Positions 44,814-54,570 of a stretch of DNA of 64,000 nucleotides are shown piece by piece. The notes under the pieces were generated by a model that saw only the letters and a program-made list of their open reading frames with translations, was not told where the DNA came from and did not search any database. The stretch is taken from positions 4,067-68,066 of the forward strand of contig CAJOMA010000003.1 in the NCBI GenBank assembly GCA_905235655.1, given 5' to 3'. How positions within the stretch are numbered: position 1 is the first letter of the stretch; the number at the start of each line of letters is the position of its first letter. Position numbers and translations under genes: made by a program. The stretch is from an uncultured Oscillospiraceae bacterium. GTDB taxonomy: Bacteria > Bacillota > Clostridia > Oscillospirales > Oscillospiraceae.

Positions 44814-46931
44814 TTATTCTGCGGGAGCCTCTTCAACTGGCGCAGTTTCCTCAACGGGAGCTTCTTCCACGGAAGCAGCTTCCTCGGCGGGAGCCTCTTC
44901 CACAGGAGCGGCTTCCTCAACGGGAGCCTCATCCACAGGTGCAGCTTCCTCAACAGAAGCTTCGTCGACAGGCTCTTCCTCCTCTGCAGGAGCTTCCTCC
45001 TCTGCAGGAACCGGCACAAGCAGCGCGCGGATGGAGAGGGAGATACGCTTGCGCTCGGAGTCGATCTCGATGATCTTCGCTTCGACTTCCTGACCTTCGC
45101 TCAAGGCGTCGGAAACCTTCTCGACGCGATGATCCGAGACCTGCGAAATATGGATCAGACCGTCAACCCCGGGCAGAATCTCTGCGAACGCGCCGAAATC
45201 GACAATCTTCACGATCTTGACCTGCGCAACGTCGCCGACGGAATACTTCTCGCAGAACTGGTTCCACGGATTCATCTCCGGCGTCTTGTAGCCGAGAGAA
45301 ATCTTCTTCTTCTCGGGATCGGCCTTTATGACGAAGACCTCGATGGTATCGCCGACCTTTACGACCTCGTCGGGAGTCTTAATGCGTCCCCAAGACAGCT
45401 CGGAGATATGGACCATGCCGTCCACGCCGCCGATGTCGACAAAGGCGCCGTAGCTGGTGAGGGACTTAACGGTGCCGGTGTACTTCTTGCCGACCTCGAT
45501 CTCGCTCCAAACCTTCTCAATCGCAGCTCTGCGAGCCTCGCCGCTCAGGGCGCGGATAGAGCCGACGACTCTGCGGCGGGCGCGGTTGAATTCGGTGATC
45601 TTCATTTTCAGGGTCTTGCCCTTGAGCTCGCTCAGGTCGCCGCCCTTGGCGACGCCGGTCTGAGAAGCCGGAATGAACACGCGGACGCCCTTGACGTTGG
45701 CGACCAGACCGCCCTTGTTCTCTTCGGTAATGACGCCTTCAACGGGAGTCTTTTCCTCGCAGGCCTTTTCGACCTCGTCCCACACCTTCATGCCCTCGAG
45801 CTTTTTGCGGCTGAGCTGAACGGTGCCCTCCTGATCGTTGACGCGAACGACGAACACTTCGATCTCGTCGCCGACCTTCAGGACTTCCTCGGGTTTTACG
45901 TTGGGGTCTGCGCTGACTTCGTCATACGGGATGTAGCCGGCATGCTTCGTGCCCAGATCGACCTGGACTTCGGTGGAACCGATCGCGGTAACGGTGCCAA
46001 AAACCTTATCTCCTGTATTTAAAGTCTTGATGGAGTTTTCGAGCAAAGCCTCAAAGCTCTCCTCTGCGACTGCATCAACATTAGAAATTTCGCTCATAGT
46101 CTTATTGACCTCCTTTATAATCCACGCAGGCGTCGACGCGCCTGCAGTGATGCCGATGGTAGCGCAATTCTGATATACGGCAGGATCGAGCTCGTCCGCG
46201 CAGTCGATCAGGTCGACCCTCGCGCAGTGCTCTGCGCAGATATGCGCCAGACGACCGGTATTGGAGCTGTTGCGGTCTCCGACGACGATCATGGCGTCGC
46301 AATTCGCCGCCAGTTCCGCGGCTTCTGCCTGCCTGTTTTCAGTTGCTCTGCATATTGTATCAAAGATTTCTCGATTTGTACACACTTTTTTTACGATTTT
46401 CTTGCAAGATTCCCATAAAAATTGCGTACTTGTCGTCTGAGAAACCATTGTGACGGGCAAATCCTTATTATTTTCCGAAGAATTCAGCCAGTTTTCGAGC
46501 TCCTCTGCGCTGGAAAAGACCAAAGGATGCCTGCACCAGCCGGCGATCGCTATGATCTCGGGATGGGTCGGCGTGCCGATGATGATCGGCTGTCTGCCAT
46601 CCTCCTCCGCCTTGGCGACAAGAGAATGGATGCGCTTGACGGACGGACAGGTCGCGTCGATGATCTCGACGTTTTTTGCCTCCAACGCTTCATACGTCGC
46701 GCGCGGAATGCCGTGAGAACGGATGATGACCGTCGAGCCGTCCGGAATATCGTCAAGGGAGGAAATCTCCTTGACGCCCAGCTCCTCAAAATGGCGTACC
46801 AGATGCCGGTTGTGTGCGATCGGGCCGAAGGTCACGGTGGACTTCCCTTCCACGATCGCCTGTTCGACCAGACCGACCGCGCGGCTGACGCCGTAGCAGA
46901 AGCCGGCGGTTTTCGCTGCTACAATCTTCAC
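44814..46931 (-). CDS. ispH: Bifunctional IspH (HMBPP reductase) / 30S ribosomal protein S1 fusion
   Basis: AGFCYGV, IAHN, DATCP, TIC.AT..RQ and SSNT IspH motifs, then four S1 repeats and an acidic tail. Confidence 0.92.
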   Translation of the reverse strand: MKIVAAKTAGFCYGVSRAVGLVEQAIVEGKSTVTFGPIAHNRHLVRHFEELGVKEISSLDDIPDGSTVIIRSHGIPRATYEALEAKNVEIIDATCPSVKRIHSLVAKAEEDGRQPIIIGTPTHPEIIAIAGWCRHPLVFSSAEELENWLNSSENNKDLPVTMVSQTTSTQFLWESCKKIVKKVCTNREIFDTICRATENRQAEAAELAANCDAMIVVGDRNSSNTGRLAHICAEHCARVDLIDCADELDPAVYQNCATIGITAGASTPAWIIKEVNKTMSEISNVDAVAEESFEALLENSIKTLNTGDKVFGTVTAIGSTEVQVDLGTKHAGYIPYDEVSADPNVKPEEVLKVGDEIEVFVVRVNDQEGTVQLSRKKLEGMKVWDEVEKACEEKTPVEGVITEENKGGLVANVKGVRVFIPASQTGVAKGGDLSELKGKTLKMKITEFNRARRRVVGSIRALSGEARRAAIEKVWSEIEVGKKYTGTVKSLTSYGAFVDIGGVDGMVHISELSWGRIKTPDEVVKVGDTIEVFVIKADPEKKKISLGYKTPEMNPWNQFCEKYSVGDVAQVKIVKIVDFGAFAEILPGVDGLIHISQVSDHRVEKVSDALSEGQEVEAKIIEIDSERKRISLSIRALLVPVPAEEEAPAEEEEPVDEASVEEAAPVDEAPVEEAAPVEEAPAEEAASVEEAPVEETAPVEEAPAE

Positions 46932-47533
46932 AGCCCTTCACCCAAGCGATAGATTTTCTTCAAAAGCTCCGCAGACAAGTCGTTCAATTCCTGTTCGGTC
47001 GCATGCTTGTCCGCCGTTTGCGGCTGATAGGACTCGCCGTAGACGACGTTAATCCTCCGGAAGAGCTTTTTCTTTGCCGTCACATAGACCGGTAAAACCC
47101 TTGTCTGCGTCCTTGTTGCGATCAGCACAACGCCGTTGTGCGGCTCAGACTTTTTTCCCTTGCGAACGCGCGTTCCCTCGGGGAAAATCAGCAGTTTGCT
47201 GCCGTCGCGGATCGTCTTCATCGCCGTCTTGATCGCGCCGATGTCCGCCCCCTCCCGGTCAACGGGAAAAACGCTGAGCTTTTTCAGCAACCAGCCGAGA
47301 ATCGGCGTCTTCAAAAGCTCCTTTTTCGCCATGGTACGCGGAATGACCGGCAGGTCGGCGCAGCCGATGACCCAGATCGGGTCGGAGAAGGCGCTGTGGT
47401 TGGCGGCAAAGATCACCGGCCCATCGGGAATATTCTCCCGTCCGGTCACGTGAACGGCCGGATGCACCAAACGCAGGAAAAACAAAGCGACAGCGCGTAG
47501 AAAGCGATATGTCCTTGCGGAAAACATCTTCAT
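46928..47533 (-). CDS. plsC: 1-acyl-sn-glycerol-3-phosphate acyltransferase
   Basis: NHSAFSDP, FPVDRE and IFPEGTR motifs. Confidence 0.9.
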   Translation of the reverse strand: MKMFSARTYRFLRAVALFFLRLVHPAVHVTGRENIPDGPVIFAANHSAFSDPIWVIGCADLPVIPRTMAKKELLKTPILGWLLKKLSVFPVDREGADIGAIKTAMKTIRDGSKLLIFPEGTRVRKGKKSEPHNGVVLIATRTQTRVLPVYVTAKKKLFRRINVVYGESYQPQTADKHATEQELNDLSAELLKKIYRLGEGL

Positions 47534-48207
47534 AAAGCAAGCTTCTCCCGTATGATTTTTAGTAAGGCAGCAACGCTTTCCTCCAAAGAAAGCTCGGAGG
47601 TGTCGAGCAATACGGCGTCGTCCGCCTGTCTGAGCGGCGCAATCTCGCGGTGCATATCGCGGTAATCGCGCTCGATCATATCCTTAAGAACATCCTCATA
47701 GACGTCGTTCCTTCCCTGCGCCTGCAGCTCAAGGAAGCGGCGCTTTGCGCGAACCTCTGCGGAGGCGCTGAGGTAGATTTTTACATCCGCATTCGGCAGA
47801 ACGACCGTTCCGATATCGCGGCCGTCCATGATGACGCTGTTCGTTTCGGCGACGTTTCTCTGCGTGTCAAGCAGGAACGCGCGGACGGACGGCAGCGCGG
47901 AAACCTTTGAAGCCATGGAGGAGACCTCCGGCAGTCGAATCTTCTTCGATACGTCCGCGCCGCCGAGATATGTATGCTGCACGCCGTCCTTCCAGGAAAG
48001 CTTCACGCGAAGCCGCGGCAGAAGCGCGTCGATCTTCTCCGCTTCTTCCGGAAGAATGCCGCTTTTGAGAACGGCATAGGCGACCGTGCGATAGATCGCG
48101 CCTGTGTCCACATAAACAAAATTCAGTTCTGCCGCGGCGCGGCGCGCCATAGTGCTTTTTCCCGCGCCGGCGGGACCGTCGATCGCAACACTGTAAACCT
48201 TGTTCAT
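47530..48207 (-). CDS. cmk: Cytidylate kinase
   Basis: IDGPAGAGKST, DTGAIYR and MDGRDIGTVVLP motifs. Confidence 0.95.
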   Translation of the reverse strand: MNKVYSVAIDGPAGAGKSTMARRAAAELNFVYVDTGAIYRTVAYAVLKSGILPEEAEKIDALLPRLRVKLSWKDGVQHTYLGGADVSKKIRLPEVSSMASKVSALPSVRAFLLDTQRNVAETNSVIMDGRDIGTVVLPNADVKIYLSASAEVRAKRRFLELQAQGRNDVYEDVLKDMIERDYRDMHREIAPLRQADDAVLLDTSELSLEESVAALLKIIREKLAL

Positions 48208-48220
48208 GCAGCTCACCTCT

Positions 48221-49498
48221 TCAAAAACTTTCAATATTATACCGTTTATCTGCCGGTTTGTCAAACCGTGAATCTGCGATTGCGTATACTGCGGAATATG
48301 CGGTCGCCCACGCGATCTGCAGATTAAAACCGCCGGTGTAGGCGTCGCAGTCAATGATCTCGCCGGCAAAATACAAGCCTTCGACCAGCTTGGATTCCAT
48401 CGTTTTGGGATGGATCTGTTTGACGTCCACGCCGCCGCGGGTGATGATCGCTTCCTCCACCGGTCTCGTCCCCGAAATTGGGATGATAAACCGTTTTGTC
48501 TGCTCCAAAAGCGATCTTCGCAGGCGCTTTGTCAGCGCGTTTGCCTGCATGGACGGATCAATGCCGCACCGCTCCAGCAGGACGGGAATCATCGAACGCG
48601 GGTAGAGATCGGCAAGCGCGTTTTCCATGCTGCGATTGGCGTACTTTTCAAGGTCGCGCAGGAATCTCGCGTCGAGCTTCGACTCGTTGAGCGCGGGCTT
48701 TAAGTCGAGCGATACGCTGTAGTGCTCTCCCTCTTTCATCTGCGCGGAGGCGGACAGCGCCATCGGGCCGGAGATACCGAAATGCGTGAACAGCAGCTCG
48801 CCGAATTCCTGAAAAACGGTCTTTCCCTTTTTGTCCAGCAGCTTCAATTCCGTATTGCGCAGGGACAGCCCCTGCAGCCTCACGCAATCGCTGTCGCTGA
48901 TAAGCGGAACGAGCGAGCCGGTCGGCGCAATGATGTTGTGCCCGAGCTCTTTCGCCATCCGGTAGCCGTCGCCGGTCGAACCCGTCAAGGGATAGGACGC
49001 GCCGCCCGTACAGAGCAGAACCTTTTCGCAGGAAATGACGCCGTTTTGCGTCTTAACGCCGACGATCCTGCCCTCCTGCGCAAGCAGACCGCGGACAGCC
49101 TCCTGTCTGCGCTCCAAAAGCGGCGACCTCATTGCGCGCTCCAGCGCGGCGATTACGTCCGCAGAGCGGTCGGATACGGGAAAGACGCGATTGCCGCGTT
49201 CCGTTTTCAAAGGACAGCCGTTTTCTTCAAAGAACGCCATCGTCCGCTCGGGCGGAAAGCCGCAGATCGCGCTGTAGAGGAAGCGCGGATTGCGCGGGAT
49301 ATTCTTTAAAACATCTTCCGGCGCGCAGCGGTTTGTCACATTGCAGCGACCCTTGCCGGTGATCGCGAGCTTTTTGCCAAGGCGGTCGTTCTGCTCCAGA
49401 AGCAGAACGCGAAGCCCCCGCTTCACCGCCTGCGCAGCGGCGAACATCCCCGCCGCACCGCCGCCGACGATCACAAGATCATTCGTCGATCTTTTCAT
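48221..49498 (-). CDS. HI0933/BaiN-like NAD(P)/FAD-dependent oxidoreductase
   Basis: GGGAAGM, KLAITGKGRCNVTN, GRVFP, TGSTGDGY and TGGFNLQ motifs. Confidence 0.9.
   Translation of the reverse strand: MKRSTNDLVIVGGGAAGMFAAAQAVKRGLRVLLLEQNDRLGKKLAITGKGRCNVTNRCAPEDVLKNIPRNPRFLYSAICGFPPERTMAFFEENGCPLKTERGNRVFPVSDRSADVIAALERAMRSPLLERRQEAVRGLLAQEGRIVGVKTQNGVISCEKVLLCTGGASYPLTGSTGDGYRMAKELGHNIIAPTGSLVPLISDSDCVRLQGLSLRNTELKLLDKKGKTVFQEFGELLFTHFGISGPMALSASAQMKEGEHYSVSLDLKPALNESKLDARFLRDLEKYANRSMENALADLYPRSMIPVLLERCGIDPSMQANALTKRLRRSLLEQTKRFIIPISGTRPVEEAIITRGGVDVKQIHPKTMESKLVEGLYFAGEIIDCDAYTGGFNLQIAWATAYSAVYAIADSRFDKPADKRYNIESF
48236..48264 (-). promoter_or_regulatory. Perfect sigma-A promoter for cmk-plsC-ispH/rpsA inside the upstream CDS
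   Basis: TTGACA-N17-TATAAT. Confidence 0.8.
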
Positions 49499-50342
49499 AG
49501 ACATGGTATACGTCCCAGATCTCCTCCAATTTGTTGAAGATCCGTGTTGTTTCGAGCTTCTTTTTGGAGGCGGCGGCAACGATCAGCGCGTTGAGGACGC
49601 TCATCGGCGCGACAAGGGAATCGACAAGCGAGATCATGTCGCTCTTTGCCGTCAGCAGATAGTCTGCGAATTGCGCAAGCGGAGAAGAGGCGCAGTCCGT
49701 CAGCGCAATCGTCTTTGCGCCGGAGGTATGGGCATACTCTGCCGCCTGAATCGCCGCCGAGGAATAGCGCGGGAAGCTGATGCAGATCAGCGCGTCCTGC
49801 GGCGAAATGCGCACGATCTGCTCGAAGACCTCGCTGTCAGAGGCGGAGGTGATCAGCCGGACGTCGCGGAACATGTACTTGAAATAGTAGCACAAAAAGG
49901 ACGAAAGGGCGGAAGAGGAACGCACGCCGACAATATAGATCGTCTGCGCGTTCAGAAGGGCGTCGACCGCGCCGTTGAAGGCATCCGGCGCGATCTGTTC
50001 GTTTGTGGCGCGGATCAAATCCATATCCGTCTGCAAAACCGTGGATAGCACATGCTTCTCCGGCATGCGCTTTTCGCCGACCTCGATCCGCTGCACGGAG
50101 GTCAGTCGGGTCAATACCATTTCCTGCATGGCCTTCTGCATTTCGGGGTAGCCGTCGTAACCGAGCTCCGCCGCAAAACGCACTACGGTGGATTCGGATA
50201 CCTGAACGGTCTTGCCCAGCACGCCTGCCGTCAGAAACGCCGCTTTATCATAGCTCTCGAGAATATATTCTGCAATTTTACGCTGTCCTTTAGAGAACGA
50301 ATTCATTTTGTTATGTATGCAGGTCAGAATGTCCGCTGTCAT
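49479..50342 (-). CDS. MurR/RpiR family transcriptional regulator
   Basis: VSESTVVRFA.ELGYDGY HTH followed by a SIS domain. Confidence 0.9.
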   Translation of the reverse strand: MTADILTCIHNKMNSFSKGQRKIAEYILESYDKAAFLTAGVLGKTVQVSESTVVRFAAELGYDGYPEMQKAMQEMVLTRLTSVQRIEVGEKRMPEKHVLSTVLQTDMDLIRATNEQIAPDAFNGAVDALLNAQTIYIVGVRSSSALSSFLCYYFKYMFRDVRLITSASDSEVFEQIVRISPQDALICISFPRYSSAAIQAAEYAHTSGAKTIALTDCASSPLAQFADYLLTAKSDMISLVDSLVAPMSVLNALIVAAASKKKLETTRIFNKLEEIWDVYHVYEKIDE

Positions 50343-51046
50343 TTCTTACCCTCCAATGCTTTGTATTCTTCCTTCGTCAGATACCGCCATTTTCCGACCG
50401 GCAGATCGCCGAGCGAAAGACTGCCCTCGCGCACGCGGCAAAGCCGCAGGACGCTGAGTCCTGCCGCTTCACACATGCGGCGAATCTGGCGGTTTCTGCC
50501 CTCGTGAATCGTGATTTCGTAAGTTGCTTTCTTTTCGCTTTGCCGCAGAAGGACGACCTTCGGCGGCGCAATTTTTCTTCCGTCCAGCACAATCGGACGC
50601 GCGAGGCGCTCCTGCGCGGTATCCAAGGCGCCGGCTACGGTAACCTCATATACCTTTTCAACGGCGTGGCTCGGGTGCATGAGGCGATTGGCAAGGTCGC
50701 CGTCGTTGGTAAAGAGAAGCAGACCCTCCGAGGCACAGTCCAGTCTGCCGACCGGATAGACGCGGCAGCCGCAGTTTACCAGGGAAGCGGCGGTTCTTCG
50801 CCCAAGCTCGTCAGAAAGCGTCGTAACATAGCCGCGCGGTTTGTAGAGCATGATGCAGACCGTCTCCGCTTTCTTCGGCAGCGGGCTTCCGTCCACGCGG
50901 ATATCGTCCGTTTCGGGATCGGCGCTCTGACCGAGGACGGCAGGAAGGCCGTTCACCGTGATTCTGCCCTCCCGCAAAAGTTTTTCAGCCGCGCGACGGG
51001 AGGCGATTCCATACGTGGAAAGGATTTTCTGTAACCGTTCTGTCAT
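50339..51046 (-). CDS. rluB: 23S rRNA pseudouridine synthase (RluB/RsuA family)
   Basis: S4 domain ASRRAAE, GRLD catalytic motif, EGRNRQIRRM. Confidence 0.88.
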   Translation of the reverse strand: MTERLQKILSTYGIASRRAAEKLLREGRITVNGLPAVLGQSADPETDDIRVDGSPLPKKAETVCIMLYKPRGYVTTLSDELGRRTAASLVNCGCRVYPVGRLDCASEGLLLFTNDGDLANRLMHPSHAVEKVYEVTVAGALDTAQERLARPIVLDGRKIAPPKVVLLRQSEKKATYEITIHEGRNRQIRRMCEAAGLSVLRLCRVREGSLSLGDLPVGKWRYLTKEEYKALEGKK

Positions 51047-52079
51047 CCTGCTCCCGTCCTTTCCAAAGAAGCGTTACCGTTCCGATTTCTCTGTCACCGA
51101 TCGTTACGGTTCCGTAACCTGCAGGCGTTCCGGCAGCGCCGGGCGCAAAGCAGAACTTCGGATACTGCACCGTAACGCGGACATTCTCGTTTTCGTAAGC
51201 AGGATAGGAAACGTCCTCCCCTGCGGTCAAATAAGCGCGGTTTCCGTCCATGCAGTCCACCCAGCCGACGTCCTCACCTGCCGAGATCAGCGTGCGCTCC
51301 GGATACTGCGCGAAACCGTAGTCGTAGAGGGCTTTGTGATCCTGCCAGTCGTTGCCGTCCGATATCGTGACGGCAATCAGCCGCCTGCCGTTCCGTTCCG
51401 CTGCGCTGACGAGGATTCTGCCCGCCGCCTTGGTATAGCCGGTTTTCACGCCGATCGCGCCGTCGACAGACCACAGCAGTTTGTTGTGATTTGTCAGACT
51501 GCGATCTCCGATCCGGACGGACTTCGTGGAAACGATATCTTCAAAATCTGAATTTTTCAGCGCGTACTGCGTCAGTCTTGCCAGATCTGCGGCGGTGGAA
51601 TAATGCGCCTCGCCGTCCAGCCCGTTCGGGTTTTCAAAATGCGTCCGGTGCAGACCGAGCTGCTGCGCCTTCAGATTCATCAAATCGACAAATTCCGCAA
51701 CGCTGTCGCTGCACGCAAGGGCAAGCGCGACTGCAGCGTCGTTGCCGGACTGGAGCATCATGCCGTAGAGCAGGTCGCGGATCGTCAGCCGCTCGCCCGC
51801 CTGCAGATAGATCGAAGAGCCTTCGATATTCGTCGCCTGCGGCGGAATCTCATAAACCTCGTCGAGCTGACAGTGCTCCAAAACGACGATTGCCGTCATG
51901 ATCTTCGTTGTGCTTGCGATCAGGCTTTTACAGTCGCTGTTTTTTGCGTAGAGGATTCTGCCGGTGTCGGCGTCCATCAGAATCGCGCTCTTTGCGCTGT
52001 CAGACGGCGCGGCATAGCAAACCGACAGGAAAAGGACGGCAGCAGCAAAGGCGGCCGCCGTCCTGAAAAGCCATTTCAT
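50985..52079 (-). CDS. D-alanyl-D-alanine carboxypeptidase (S11; DacB/DacF-like)
   Basis: Signal peptide; ASTTK, SGN and KTG motifs; sits between ytfJ and rluB. Confidence 0.88.
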   Translation of the reverse strand: MKWLFRTAAAFAAAVLFLSVCYAAPSDSAKSAILMDADTGRILYAKNSDCKSLIASTTKIMTAIVVLEHCQLDEVYEIPPQATNIEGSSIYLQAGERLTIRDLLYGMMLQSGNDAAVALALACSDSVAEFVDLMNLKAQQLGLHRTHFENPNGLDGEAHYSTAADLARLTQYALKNSDFEDIVSTKSVRIGDRSLTNHNKLLWSVDGAIGVKTGYTKAAGRILVSAAERNGRRLIAVTISDGNDWQDHKALYDYGFAQYPERTLISAGEDVGWVDCMDGNRAYLTAGEDVSYPAYENENVRVTVQYPKFCFAPGAAGTPAGYGTVTIGDREIGTVTLLWKGREQDDRTVTENPFHVWNRLPSRG

Positions 52080-52127
52080 TTCTCATCACCCCTGCTATTT
52101 TTTGCCGGAGTCATGAGAATACGCCTG

Positions 52128-52520
52128 TTAAATATCGGAAATGTCGGACTTTTTCTTTCCGATCATGTCTGACAGCTTATCGACAAAGCCGGGAAGCTGC
52201 TCGATCACGCGCTCTGCAGCGGAGCTCGCAGGCTCGTCCACCGGCAGCACACGCACTCGATCATTCTGAATGACGATGATCGCGACCGGCGTGATCTTCA
52301 CGCCGCAGCCTGCGCCGCCGCTGAACGTGCCGTTCGTATCGGCGATCTTCGCGGCAAGATCGGCGCCGCCGGAGGCGAGACCGAATGAAATCTTGGAGAT
52401 CGGTATCAGCGTCACGCCCTCGGCGGCGGCAATCGGCGCGCCGACGACGGTGTTCGCGTCCACCATTTCTCTGACCTTTGACATGGATGCGCCGAGGACA
52501 TCCGCTACGTTCTTACTCAT
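52128..52520 (-). CDS. ytfJ: GerW/YtfJ sporulation protein
   Basis: VDANTVVG, IPISKISFG..GG and GAGCGVKITPVA motifs. Confidence 0.85.
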   Translation of the reverse strand: MSKNVADVLGASMSKVREMVDANTVVGAPIAAAEGVTLIPISKISFGLASGGADLAAKIADTNGTFSGGAGCGVKITPVAIIVIQNDRVRVLPVDEPASSAAERVIEQLPGFVDKLSDMIGKKKSDISDI

Positions 52521-53094
52521 GTTCTGCTACCTCCTCAACGATTTCGGTTGGTTCATCCATCGGCAAGTCTTTCTTGCCGAACTGCATTTTTTCAATTTCC
52601 GGCAGCTCGTCCAGCGAGGACAGTCCGAAGGTGCGCAGGAAATCCGGCGTCGTGCGGTAGAGGATCGGTCTTCCGGGTACATTCAGTCTGCCGCATTCCT
52701 CAATCAGCCGCTTATTCAGCAGCGCGCTGACCGAATACGAGCTGTCAACGCCGCGAATCTGCTCGATATAAGCTTTCGTTGCCGGCTGGTAATAGGCGAC
52801 AATCGTCAGCGTTTCCAATTGCGAAGCCGAGAGCTTCGGCGGCTTTCTCGTCTCCAGCGCCTTCGTGATATACGAGGACATTTCCACGGAGGAACACATC
52901 TGATATGCCTTTTCCAGTTTGATTACGCGAAGTCCGCGCCGGTCGTAAGAAAGCCGATCCATCAGCGATTTCGCCGCAGCGTCGACCTCGTCCGGGTCGC
53001 ACTCGGCCGCCAACGCGATCCGATTCGTCTCGACCGGTTCACCCGCGGCAAAGAGGATCGCCTCGATCACGCGCTCTAATTCAGTTCGTTCCAT
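52513..53094 (-). CDS. scpB: SMC-Scp complex subunit ScpB
   Basis: IEAILFAAGEP, LETLTIVAY.QP, IRGVDS and TFGLSSLDELP motifs. Confidence 0.93.
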   Translation of the reverse strand: MERTELERVIEAILFAAGEPVETNRIALAAECDPDEVDAAAKSLMDRLSYDRRGLRVIKLEKAYQMCSSVEMSSYITKALETRKPPKLSASQLETLTIVAYYQPATKAYIEQIRGVDSSYSVSALLNKRLIEECGRLNVPGRPILYRTTPDFLRTFGLSSLDELPEIEKMQFGKKDLPMDEPTEIVEEVAEHE

Positions 53095-53881
53095 CCAGTG
53101 ACTCCATTTCTCCCTCCGGCATTTTTAAGAAGCGGACATTGACATCGTCGCCGCCGTCCTCCAGCTCAATGGAGCGGATACGGCAAAGCTCCAAAACGGC
53201 AAGGAAGGTCGCCACGATCTCGCTGCGGGAGCGGCTTCCCTTGAACAGACTGCGGAATTTGGATACGCCGCGCATCAGAAGACGCTTGAGCACCTGCGCC
53301 GCCTTCTTTGTGACGGGATACGGCTCTGCGCCGACGATGCCGCGGAAGTTCGACACGGGCGGCGGAAGCGCACGTTCACTGCGCTCGGCGATCATGGAAA
53401 AGGCGCGCAGCAGGTCTTCCGGCTCATGCTGATAGCGATAGGTTTTGTCCGCCTGATACGGCTCCGGCTGCTTGATAAAGGAATTACAGCCGATCTCGTT
53501 GCGCGGTTCCAGATAGCTTATCGCCGTGCGAATCTGCTCCAAGGCGTCGGCGCGCTGCCGCTCTTCCAGAGAACGGATCAGAAGCTCCATCTCCGAGAGA
53601 GCTTCCTCGCGTTCGGCGGCGGACAAAAGCATTTTCGTTTTAATCAACATCAGATGGGACGCCATGGCGATAAACTCGCTGGCAATCTCCATGTCCAGCC
53701 GCTTCATCTCATCCAGATACGCAAGATACTGCTCCAGAATCGACGTAATGCTGACGTCCTGAATCTCTATTTTGTTTTTGCTGAGCAGAAGCAAAATCAC
53801 GTCCAGCGGGCCGTCAAAGTCCTCCGGCAGCGCGTCCTGTTTCCGCATGACTCCGGTCAGATGATATCTCGGTTCGTCCAT
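53081..53881 (-). CDS. scpA: Segregation/condensation protein ScpA
   Basis: FDGPLDVILLL, EFIAMASHL and FLAVLEL motifs. Confidence 0.92.
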   Translation of the reverse strand: MDEPRYHLTGVMRKQDALPEDFDGPLDVILLLLSKNKIEIQDVSITSILEQYLAYLDEMKRLDMEIASEFIAMASHLMLIKTKMLLSAAEREEALSEMELLIRSLEERQRADALEQIRTAISYLEPRNEIGCNSFIKQPEPYQADKTYRYQHEPEDLLRAFSMIAERSERALPPPVSNFRGIVGAEPYPVTKKAAQVLKRLLMRGVSKFRSLFKGSRSRSEIVATFLAVLELCRIRSIELEDGGDDVNVRFLKMPEGEMESLDGTN

Positions 53882-53910
53882 GCGTATCCTCTTACAGTTT
53901 AATCCAAGTT

Positions 53911-53939
53911 ATTATAGCATTTTCTTGCCTTTCTTGCAA
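53911..53939 (-). promoter_or_regulatory. sigma-A promoter of scpAB
   Basis: TTGCAA-N17-TATAAT with extended TG. Confidence 0.7.
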
Positions 53940-53943
53940 GAAT

Positions 53944-53978
53944 AAAATGAGCGTGTTTCCTGCAAACACGCTCATTTT
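53944..53978 (-). terminator. Terminator of lon-engB
   Basis: 15-bp perfect stem aaaatgagcgtgttt / aaacacgctcatttt. Confidence 0.85.
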
Positions 53979-53982
53979 TTCT

Positions 53983-54570
53983 CTATTTTTCCACCGCGCG
54001 GAAGATCGCGCTGACGAGCTCGGCTCTGCCGGTCCCCTTTTCCGCGGAAAATGGGATCAGTGCGGTATCGGGCGAGAGCTTCAGGCCGGCGCGGATGCGC
54101 GCCATGTTCGGCGCAACCTCGCTCTTTTTTAGCTTGTCGAGCTTGTTGGCGACGACCACAAACGGACGGTCGGCGCTCTGAAACAGTTCCGCCATAACCA
54201 CGTCCAGCTTTGTCGGCGCATGGCGCGCGTCGACGATCATCACGCCGAGCGTGACTCGATCCGCCTGCGCGAAATACGCCTCCATCAGCCTGCCCCAGCG
54301 TTCCTTTTCGCTCTCGGCGACCTGCGCGTAGCCGTAGCCCGGCAGATCGACAAAATAAGCCTTGTCGTCTACCTTGAAATAATTGATGTGGACGGTCTTT
54401 CCGGGCTTCTGGCCGACGCGGGCGAAGTTTCTCCGCTGCAGGACGCAGTTGAGGACGGAGGACTTGCCGACGTTGGATTTTCCGGAGAAGGCGATCTGCG
54501 GCAGCGCGTCGTTCAAAAAGGCGTTCGGCTGCGCCGCAGATTTGATAAACTCGACCTTTTGCAGATTCAT
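53983..54570 (-). CDS. engB: Ribosome biogenesis GTPase YihA/YsxC
   Basis: GKSNVGKSS, DLPGYGYA and NKLDK motifs. Confidence 0.93.
   Translation of the reverse strand: MNLQKVEFIKSAAQPNAFLNDALPQIAFSGKSNVGKSSVLNCVLQRRNFARVGQKPGKTVHINYFKVDDKAYFVDLPGYGYAQVAESEKERWGRLMEAYFAQADRVTLGVMIVDARHAPTKLDVVMAELFQSADRPFVVVANKLDKLKKSEVAPNMARIRAGLKLSPDTALIPFSAEKGTGRAELVSAIFRAVEK

Noticed and set aside
50985-51046. 62-bp overlap between the carboxypeptidase gene and rluB as a regulatory device
   Set aside because: Most simply a drifted stop codon; both proteins keep their catalytic motifs and no structure is evident.
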